From NCBI GenBank assembly GCA_951406725.2, contig OX597833.1, positions 49,786,001-49,850,000 on the forward strand: 64,000 bases of DNA. Direction: 5' to 3'. Each line of letters begins with the position of its first letter. Positions within the stretch are counted from its first letter, which is position 1. Position numbers and translations under genes: made by a program. The stretch comes from Octopus vulgaris. Lineage: Eukaryota. Positions 53,793-64,000 of the stretch are shown piece after piece. A model generated the notes under the pieces. It had not been told where the DNA came from. It saw only the letters and a list, made by a program, of their open reading frames with translations, and made no database searches.

Positions 53793-54213
53793 TCATTGTA
53801 CAAATCGCGAGGAAATACCTTTAGGAAATTTCAACCTTCATGCATTTTGAATAATTTAGAAGAAAACTGTAACGATCTTGCCCTTCTTACTATGATTAAT
53901 AAATCACAATCTTTCCAAAAGTGCAATGTCAGAGTAAGAATGGAAATTTGAGACCATCATATGTTTTGTGAATGTCATTGATATCAATGCAACTGGGAAA
54001 CCGATACAAAATCAATGCATGTTATAAATAAAATTGCCAAAGATATATTAATTCTTATAAATACAACAATTATTATAACTATGACAAGTCTATATCACTC
54101 GCAATATAGTTATAGTGAGTGCTAAACAGTAGAAGCTAGTATCTAGTAAACTGAATAGTTATGGTTGTGTAGATAAGAAATTCGCTTCAAATCTACGCGA
54201 TTTCTGTTTCAAT

Positions 54214-54895
54214 ATTACTGCGTGGTACCTTGGAGCAAGTATCTCTTATCTTACTGCGTGGTACCTTGGGTCAAGTATCTTCTATCTTACTGCGTGGTAC
54301 CTTGGAGCAAGTATCTTTTATCTTAGTGCGTGGTACTTTGGAGCAAGTATCTTTTATCTTAGTGCGTGGTACCTTGGAGCAAGTATCTTCTATCTTACTG
54401 CGTGGTACCTTGGAGCAAGTATCTTTTACCTTACTGCGTACCCTTGGAGCAAGTATCTTTTATCTCACTGCGTGGTACCTTGGAGCGAGTATCTTCTATC
54501 TTACTGCGTGGTACCTTGGAGCAAGTATCTTTTACCTTACTGCGTGGACCCTTGGAGCAAGTATCTTTTATCTCACTGCGTGGTACCTTGGAGCGAGTAT
54601 CTTTTATCTTACTGCATGGTACCTTGGAGCAAGTATCTTTTATCTTACTGCGTGGTACCTTGGAGCAAGTATCTTTTATCTTACTGCGTGGTACCTTGGG
54701 GCAAGTATCTTTTATCTTACTGCGTGGTACCTTGGAGCAAGTATATTTTATCTTACTGCGTGGTACCTTGGAGCAAGTATATTTTATCTTACTGCGTGGT
54801 ACATTGGGGCAAGTATCTTCTATCTTACTGCGTGGTACCTTGGAGCAAGTATCTTTTATCTTACTGCGTGGTACCTTGGAGCAAGTATCTTTTAC
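54214..54895. repeat. 36-bp minisatellite (~19 copies) derived from the SINE A core
   Basis: Unit TTACTGCGTGGTACCTTGGAGCAAGTATCTTTTATC versus SINE A CCACTGCGTGGCACCTTGGGCAAGTGTCTTCTAC. Confidence 0.92.
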
Positions 54896-55860
54896 CATAA
54901 CCTAAATTTGGGCAAAGTGTATGGGGGTAAAATTTGGCAGATGTTAGGGACGTTAAGTATACAAACGTCTATTTATAGCAAGTTGCATTATTCATTCTCC
55001 TGGTTAAAAAAACTAATCTGTCTTCCACTTTTTCGCCACAAGGTATTTGGGAGCCCTTTATCAAGGAACAATCGGTTCTGAGCATTTTAGTTGGGTCACC
55101 AGTTTGAGGGTAACTTTAATCCGTCTAACATTTTAACAATTTTAAAAGTCCTGAAAATATTTCATGGGTGCGACTCTTCGCCCTGTGACAGCGTTAGGCA
55201 AATAAAATAAAATATATAAAAAACAGACAAAAAACACAGCATAAATCCCCAGTAGCAAACATTTAAATTTACTAATTCTGGAAAGCGTGAACATCACATT
55301 TTCCATTACCATCAAGGTCCATGCTTCATACGAAGTAAGTATGAGGGAGCTGCAACGTGGTCGACCAATTTGTTCATTATGGCAGCAAAATGTCTGTCTC
55401 TGAACTCTGTCCCGTCATTAAAATGGGTGGTGCACCTGTTCTATGTCTAAAGAACGAGATGTCCTCAATAAGCAGGATTTTTAGATCACCAGTTCTCCTT
55501 TGCACGATAAGCAACCTCAATATGACTGACCTGTTGAAGCGGAATTCATTGGGCTCATCCAACAACAAGCATTAAGCAACTACAAAATCAGCTACAGAGC
55601 ATACGAGTAATTGTTGCAGATGAATTTGACTCTAAAACAGAGTTTTTGTCTGTGATTGATTGTATTGAAGTGGTGAATCATTTGTAGATTTGGCAGGAAT
55701 AGTTGAATGCTTGGTTTGGATGGGGAAGAGTCTGCTCTTGAATGATCTGTAACGGGTTCCGTGTGGTCCTTCCTTGTGATGAATTTACGTAATTGGTGCC
55801 AACTGTAAGAGAAAAAAGAAACATCGAAATGGTTAATTGAATTAGCTGAGATGAAATATA

Positions 55861-56384
55861 CCGTAAATCCTCGAGTATAATCCGCATTTATTTCCCAAAA
55901 TTTAAAGGTAAAAATTCCTAGTGCGTATTATATACGAGGTTAAAAACGAAAAATATTTTCTAAGCAATGTTCAAGTCTCTATTTACTATCCGGCAATGTT
56001 TATTCAGACGCATTTTGTGATGTCGGACGCGAAAATACGTTCAGCTAAGCCTGAAAGCAATGAAGTCATAAAAGGATCATCCATAACTTACAGTAAGCAA
56101 CATTTAGTAAAATAAAAGTATTCAGAACACAGAATAACATGTAACAAAAACAATTTGCAAACATTTTTACATTCCCATATAACAGTTAAGAACATCACCA
56201 TTATTGTATTACGCAGGCGCGGAAGTGTTTGTTCGACTAGGTGCTACTGGCTTAATTACGCACGACTCAAGTTAAAGAAGTGGTGCGTATTATACACATG
56301 TTTAGGTTTTTCAGAGGTACAGCCTCCTAAAAATCATCCCCTGCGTATTATACTCAAGGGCGGACTATACTCGAAGATTTACGG
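55861..56384. mobile_element. pogo/Tigger-like MITE, TA TSD
   Basis: TA|CCGTAAATCCTCGAGTATAATCCGC..GCGGACTATACTCGAAGATTTACGG|TA; subterminal GCGTATTATAC repeats. Confidence 0.85.
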
Positions 56385-56973
56385 TAATTGTTTGTGGAAA
56401 AATTTTCTTGAATAGATTTCAGTACGTCTTTTAACGTAGAATTATACGTCTGTAGTGTTATCCTACAAAAGGTGCTGATTTTTCATGAGAAAAGTGAGTG
56501 ATAGATAATATCCAATTTACTAAATCCTTTTTGTAAGATGATATTTTGCTCATTGGAAAAACGTAGTATTTAGTTTCGTATCATTCGTATCATTGAAATC
56601 TGGTGATTTTGTGCTTGTTTTTATTTTTATTCTATGAAGTCGATTGAAAATGGAAACAAAAAAGGCTACAAGTAATATAATGGACTTGATCCTAAGATCA
56701 TATTCTATCACAACCATGAAATAATATAAATATTTCATATCAACGTGATGATAGTTATTAACTATGAATGCGATGATGTGTCGTAAATCGCGAAATTATT
56801 GAAGGATTTAATACAACGGTGGGTGGGTAATGTATTTACTATACTAGGATAGAATGCCAGAATGATAGATCCATATATTCCTATATTCATACAAGATGTG
56901 GAAATTATTGAATATATATTTACAGTGGAGAAGTGGAGAAATATATCAATAAGTTCAAGTCGGTGTGTTTTAG

Positions 56974-57090
<117 letters not shown>

Positions 57091-57118
57091 TATATATATA
57101 TGTGTGTGTGTGTGTATA

Positions 57119-57221
<103 letters not shown>

Positions 57222-57813
57222 AACTCGAAAAAAAAAAGCATCAGGAAGACAGGAAATATAGGATTCTTTTTTTTTTTTTAGCGTGCGATCGATGTTGTTT
57301 CTTGACAAAGGGGTGAACCGTTGTTGTACAAAGAATGCCGAGAATCTTTCTCAAATTCTTATCTAAATTATTTCCTTCAACATGTTATTGTAATGACGTC
57401 CAGGGACATAGCTATGAAAACAAATGCTCGCGGTAATATTGGTTCCATGCAACGTATTTCCGAAATTCTCGTATCTTCTTATCTTTTTATCAATAAAAAT
57501 ATGAATTTTAATCAATGTAAAGCCTGCTAGCAATGAAGAGATGCGGATTACTAGCGTATTCATTTAATGGGCTTTGCATCGAATTCTTTAGCAATTTCGC
57601 ATCGTAATGACACTTATAGGAAAGTAGATAATGCAATCTCAAAACACATACTCTTATCTTCCAGGCACGCAGTATATATGTAAATGGCTTATATTTGTTG
57701 AAATAACCAAAATACGATAGATTATACGTGTCTGTTAATAAACACTGTATTTAACATCTGAATGCCGTGTCTTGAATCTCCTTATGAAAGTATATCTTGT
57801 GCTTGCGATATTC

Positions 57814-57965
<152 letters not shown>

Positions 57966-58372
57966 TCTGTGTGTTTGTATGTGTTTGTGTATATACGTAC
58001 ACACACACTCACACATACACACATACACATATATATATGATATATACATAGATGGACTTATTTATGTTTGCGTACTTGTATACACACAGGCTTACATATA
58101 TGCATGCAAGCAGACATACGCACATACATATACACACACGTAAGAATACCCTCACGCAAATACATATACGTACACACACACACGCACACATACACACAGA
58201 AACAGAATCTTAGTGCTTAAGACTACGACTGAAATATCTGATGTTCGTTAGAAATATTCCCAGTGGGGTTAACGAATCATATTTAGATTTCTGATCAAAG
58301 TGAATAGACTATAGATTGTTCAGCATTCTCAGGACGTCAGAGGAAGAGAGAGATAGTGATAGAGATTGATAG

Positions 58373-58440
<68 letters not shown>

Positions 58441-59193
58441 AGTAATAACAGAAATGGTCGCTTCCTACAGTTCTTTGACATACAATGTATTTAAGGAAGG
58501 GTTAAATATTTCTCATACTAGCATTTTATATAATTGTAGATTTGATAGTTTGTTATTCAAGCATTCAGCAACAGGGAATTTATTCAGGTAAAAGTTTTCA
58601 TTTAGCTTTCTCTTACAGTTAACCTTTTAAACCTTTCCTGGAATATTTAATGTAGTTTTAAAGAAAATCTGATTCTCAGATTCTGAATATGTTCATAACA
58701 AGTACGAATACATGGCTCAAAGTATAATTTCCCAAGAAATATTTACTTTGGTAGAGTTGGATGGAGAAGCTGGGAAAACTTGGAAAAGTGAAAGTAGAGG
58801 TAATTCAATAGATTCATAAAAGCAAAATGGTATATGAACAATAAGAAACTGAATGATAGAATTTATAATAGAGATAAGACTTGTTAAAAATAGCAAATCA
58901 ATTACAACAGGCAAAATATTTTGTTTTATTCGTTTAGTTGACAAGAGAGTCCCCGAGGCTATTAAATTCAGAAACATTTATTGAATCAAATGAAGTAAAG
59001 AAAAATCTCGGATTCACTATAGATGAAAACAACGGGCAAAGAAATTAGATACAAAATCTCTTTAAATAGTTGTTCTACAACGAGATAGATAATTTTTAGA
59101 ATCTGACTGACTACTTTTATAATAAAGACATACATACCATAACAATGTACCGAATAAATACAATTTACTCATGCATACATGAATATCTGTCTG

Positions 59194-59392
<199 letters not shown>

Positions 59393-59879
59393 ATATCTAT
59401 CTATCTATCTATCTATCTATTTATCTATCTATCTGTCTGTCTGTATGTCTGTCTATCTATCTATCTATCTATACATGAACACATATGTACATTCATCCAT
59501 CCATCATATATATATGCATACATACATGCATGTGTGTATATGTATGTGCACACATACATATATGCATGTGTGTTTGTATGTGTGTGTGTGTGTGAACTAT
59601 AAACAAACGATTTTAGGAGACGGACACACCATTTAATTTGCTATACACAGCGATAAATGTCGATTATACAGAAATCATTTGTAGATGTCGACAATTATAT
59701 GTAAATGTTGATAAAATGTTAACAAGCACAATACGGTCTTTAGCTATTGTCAGACTCGTTTCTGTCAACAGAATGAATCAGTTGGGATAGCAGCTTGGTG
59801 AGATAGGTGCTGGTGCAATTTGTAAATCTTCATTTAATTTTCAACTGCAATATATTACTGTGAATTTAATTGTTAAAGT

Positions 59880-60490
59880 GGCGTCGGCTGTATGTAGCTT
59901 TGTGTGGCAATTTGGACAAGTGTCTTCTGCTATATCTTCAGGCCGACCAAAGTGAGTGGATTTGGTAGACGGAAACTGAAAGGAGTCCGTTGTATATAAG
60001 TGTAAGAGTTTATAGGTATGTATGTGTGTGTTTATGTGTCTGTGTTTGTTTTCCACCACCACCACTTAACAACTGGTGTTGGCGGGTTTACGTCCCCGTA
60101 ACTTAGCGGCTCTGCAAAATGGGCCGGTAGACTAAGTACCAAGCTTAAAAGATATAAATACTGGTGTCGATTCTGTTTCTTTACTACCCACAAGGGGCTA
60201 AACATAGAGGGGACAAACAAGGACAGACAAACGGATTAAGTCGATTACATCGACCCCGCTACACAACTGGTACTTAATTTATCGACCCAGAAAGGATGAA
60301 AGGCAAAGTCGACCTCGGCGGAATTTGAACTCAGAACGTAATGGCAGACGAAATACGGCTACGCATTTCGCCCGGCGTGCTAACGGTTCTGCCAGCTCGC
60401 CGCCTTAAACTGGTGTCGATTCATTCGACTAAAAGTTCTTCAAGGCCCTACTTCGGCATGGCCGCAGTCTAATAACTGAGATATGTAAAA
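59880..60490 (+). mobile_element. Diverged SINE A interrupted by SINE B
   Basis: SINE A 3' region split at ACTGGTGTCGATTC. Confidence 0.75.
60174..60408 (-). mobile_element. SINE B monomer nested in SINE A, 14-bp TSD
   Basis: ACTGGTGTCGATTC at 60160-60173 and 60409-60422. Confidence 0.9.
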
Positions 60491-60617
60491 GATTAGAACC
60501 TATGTAATCGTATAACAACCAGGATAAGACAACCAGTGTTATCGATACAGAGTGGTCAGTTGCTGAAGATAAGGACACTGTTTTTGTACCAAATCGTAAG
60601 AGCAATATTTTGAAATC

Positions 60618-60910
60618 TTTTTTTTTTCGCCCTTTCAAGCCTAGCCAGGCTCATGGGCCCGGTTTCTGTGGCGTATGTGTTCTCCCCAGCTGGACGGGAC
60701 TCCAGTCCATCGCAGCGTTACTCAGGAAACAGGAAGAGAGAGTTGTGGCGAAAGAGTACACCAGGGGTCGCCACCACCCCCTGCCGGAGCATCGTGGAGC
60801 TTTTGGGTGTTTTCGCTCAATAAACACACACCACGCCCGGTCTGGGAATCGAAACCGCGATTCTCCGACCGCGAGTCCGCTGCCCTAACCACTGGGCCAT
60901 TGCGCCTCTA
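60618..60910 (-). mobile_element. SINE family C, full length
   Basis: Reverse-complement homology to 26101-26415; poly-T (tail). Confidence 0.85.
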
Positions 60911-60912
60911 CA

Positions 60913-61650
60913 TTTTTAAATCTTCAACTGTTATAATTCTCTTCGTCGACCCTAGATGTTACAATACGAGGTGAGCTCAATTCTAGGCTGTTACGCACTG
61001 CAAAATATTTATTTACCTTAGATGACTGTAGCGTGTCTAGAAGGCCAATTAGCAAGGTCATTAGAACATCGAATAACAGTACCTGTCAGCAGATGTCGTG
61101 ACTCTCTGCGTTCGGCAAGAAAGTCAGTATCCGATGACCCTTTAGGCTTTTACAGGGCCTTCGAGACTGGTGGTAAGAAAGAAGGATGTAAGACTGTACA
61201 ACCGGATAATGCATGTAGTAGAGTAGACACCTATAAATTTCCCAAGGTGCCTGGGATGGTGCTAAACCAGGTGATGTTTTAAGTCTGCCACAAAGTCCCG
61301 ATAGAGTTTGAACTCAGCATGCAAAGAGCCACAGGAAATATCGCAAGATATCCAGCTCAATGGTCTTAAATCTCTGTCAATTAACCGCCTTGAAGCGGAA
61401 CTTTTTTAACGATCCCGAAAGAATGAAAGGAAAATGAAAGGCGGAATTCGAACTTAAAACGCTGAGAGTCAAAACATATGCAGACAAGTATCCGACGTTC
61501 TAATGACATCGATAATTGGCCGTCCAGAAATGCTACAGTGAGCTGAGGTGAATAACGTATCGCAGTGTATAACAGACTGGAATTGAGCTCACCTCGTTTT
61601 GTAACATTTAAGGTCTACGAAGAAAACTATAACAATTGAAAATTAAGATT
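60913..61650. repeat. Old inverted duplication (~170-bp arms, ~410-bp spacer)
   Basis: ATGTTACAATACGAGGTGAGCTCAATTC versus GAATTGAGCTCACCTCGTTTTGTAACAT; homology extends both ways. Confidence 0.85.
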
Positions 61651-61911
61651 AATCTCGATGTGAAGTTTTCTACTATATCGTTTAGTTCTGTTAGATCTAT
61701 AGTTAAACTACGAGGTGACTTAGATGGGTGTAACACAGACTTACATTCGTGCTTTATCATGTGATTAGAGATGTGGTCTCAAAACTTGAGGTAAACTCTG
61801 ATTTTTAGCTAGGATATTAACAGTAATGCCGTATGAGATGGCCATGGTCTGTAATAAATCATCATGCGTCACGAAACGTCGCAGATCTCACGTGTAAAAG
61901 ACAAAGTTATC

Positions 61912-62265
61912 ACAGGCGTGGCTGTGTGGTAATAAACTTGCTTCCCAACCACATGGTTCCGGATTCAGTCCCACTGCATGGCACCTTGGGAAAGTGTCTT
62001 CTACTATAGCCTCGGGCCGACAAAGCCTTGCGAGTGGATTTGGTAGACAGAAACTGAAAGAAGCCCGTCGTATATGTATATATGCATATATTTGTGTGTT
62101 TGTGTTTGTCCTCCCACCATCACTTGACAACTGTTACTGGTTTGCTTTCGCGTGGAGCTTAGGTGATTCGCTCATAATCACACACATCACCCTGTCTGAG
62201 ATTCGAATCCGCGATCCCTCGACCGCGAATCCGCTGCTCTAACCACTAGATCATATGCTTCCACC
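61912..62265. mobile_element. SINE A (+, 3'-truncated) fused to a SINE C head (-)
   Basis: Junction near 62145. Confidence 0.75.
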
Positions 62266-63037
62266 GCCGCCTTAACAGCCACGGTATATTGCGATGATTC
62301 CATTCTAAAGACATTGTAATAATGTGCGACAATGCTAAAATTTCAGATGAATCACAAAATTGCCACAGCGGTAGAGTTAACATAAGCCTATTATTTATGA
62401 GAATGTTTATAATGTTCTGATTGGTGGTAAATGGAATCATTTAACAGTTCTGTCGCTCTGAGTTTAATATTACCAAAATCAAATTTAGCGCTCATCCTCT
62501 CGGGGTCGGTAAATGAAGTCGAATCTCCTCCTTTATTCTTTATCTGTCTGCCTCTGTCTTTCTGAAAAAAAAAATCGGCTGTGACTGGACATAGAGACTA
62601 ATGGGCTTCCAGAAATGTTCTGTATTCCACAACAAAGCCCCTTCTAACTCTGCAGGAGTTGAAGACTGAAATGCAGGACACATCCTGATTCGTTCTGAAA
62701 CCACATAATTATTAATTGAAAGTGCCTTTGTTTAATTAAAGTTCGGTGCTGCTGTTAGTAGTTTAGTTTACCCCAATATAGATTTGATCAAGCAAACTCA
62801 TTATGAACGACAGTCCAGCTATGTCTATACAATCTTGCATTTTTTATAGGATGTACTCTGTACTAAATTATCCTGTGTAGCATTCTTAAGACGGTATGAT
62901 TTGACTGAAGTGGATTTGGCTGCTGTTTTTAATCGGTCGAGAGACCACCGAAGCGTTCCCTCCCGTGAATTCAGTTCAAGGTATTTAGTCTTTTTATTTA
63001 ACCAACCTTAGGTCATCCCTGATCGATCCGAGCTATG

Positions 63038-63481
63038 GGATCTTCTCGGTTTGACCTGCAGTTTTTAAAAATAATTTCCACGTAACTAAACACTTTTAAA
63101 CTTCGAATACTGGTAGAATGTGTTTATAAAACATCTTTTTCTCTTGGCTTTATTGAGAAAATTCTATAGTTTGTAAGATATTTGTTGTTTTTTTCTTAAA
63201 TTTCTGCAATTTCAACCAATCAACGACGTCTATTGAGGTGAAAACATTCTGTGCCGTATGAATATGTCCCTCGTTTAAGAAACAGATTGGGTTTATTTAC
63301 ATTTGTGAAGAAAAAAAGATACCCTTCCCCCCACCCCTAACCGTAACCCTAACTAACCCTGACTCTAACCCTAACCCTAAAACAGATTGAAATGCAATAG
63401 ATCGATACTAGGGTAATAATTATGGGTGACAATTTCATATGACACCGCTAGAAAAAACTGCCGGTCAAACCGAAAAGATCC
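63038..63481. mobile_element. Merlin-like MITE, second copy in opposite orientation, with CCCTAA tract
   Basis: GGATCTTCTCGGTTTGAC..GTCAAACCGAAAAGATCC; TSD GAGCTATG/GGGCTATG; internal homology to 48658-49063. Confidence 0.85.
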
Positions 63482-64000
63482 GGGCTATGATTAAGTACGA
63501 TACTGCTATCATCCATTCCTTTTAGGGGGTTTTGTAGAACTATGCTATCTGATGTTTACTTGTCTTATTTAATACAGCAGGGAATGGTTTGACAAAAATT
63601 TACCTGCTACGCCTAACATATCGAGCAACATATAGATGCCGTCTCGTTGTCTCATGTCCAGTAATCCAACCACTTTTCTATCTGGACTGTGTAGGATGGA
63701 ATATATTAGCAGAGAAGCATCACCAGACCAGCTCTGTACTGTATACATATTAAATAAAACTATACAAATAAACGTCTTCTATATATTTATCAGAATATTT
63801 ACATAACGTCGATGTATTTACTTATTCTCTGAGAATTTACACAATATTTATTTAAGCATTGTCGAAGAACAATGTTAGGAGAACAACATTTTTATTATAT
63901 GTGGTTTTACTGTGTAAAAGTCTATATGTTAATTCAATTATTAGAAAGTGATCAACATCAAACTTTTATGAACGTTTTTCAAGATAAAACTGTAATAAAT

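Noticed and set aside
54214-54895. CRISPR-like 36-bp repeats and 283-aa ORF
   Set aside because: No unique spacers and no cas genes; the unit derives from SINE A in a eukaryotic context
55330-55800. Unique sequence with short ORFs
   Set aside because: No recognisable family

Overview
AT-rich, repeat-saturated, non-coding eukaryotic DNA. The SINE families and microsatellite load look like an Octopus (coleoid cephalopod) intron or intergenic region; this is pattern recognition, not a database result. I found no host protein-coding exon, and nearly all six-frame ORFs are microsatellite or SINE translations. Contents: three abundant tRNA-derived SINE families (A, CORE-like with an internal microsatellite; B, with two alternative tails and fixed-junction multimers; C, V-domain-like); decayed Tc1/mariner, maT and pogo-like elements; three GGATC-terminated MITEs with 8-bp TSDs (Merlin-like, two carrying TTAGGG tracts); a non-autonomous Helitron; and several TE-derived minisatellites. 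The most interesting signal is a set of short, mutually unrelated modules sitting inside (TA)n/(TATG)n arrays. Several carry minimal type-I hammerhead-ribozyme-like folds, three of them with a CCGANGA core, and some are spacerless palindromes. This fits Penelope-like pLTR or retrozyme-like elements that target microsatellites. There are also clear local templated-insertion events: a circularly permuted 317-bp copy of 60150-60466 at 47281-47797, and a copy of the ~945-1080 microsatellite cassette inside a SINE at 3773-3966. Boundaries were read by eye and may be off by a few bases.
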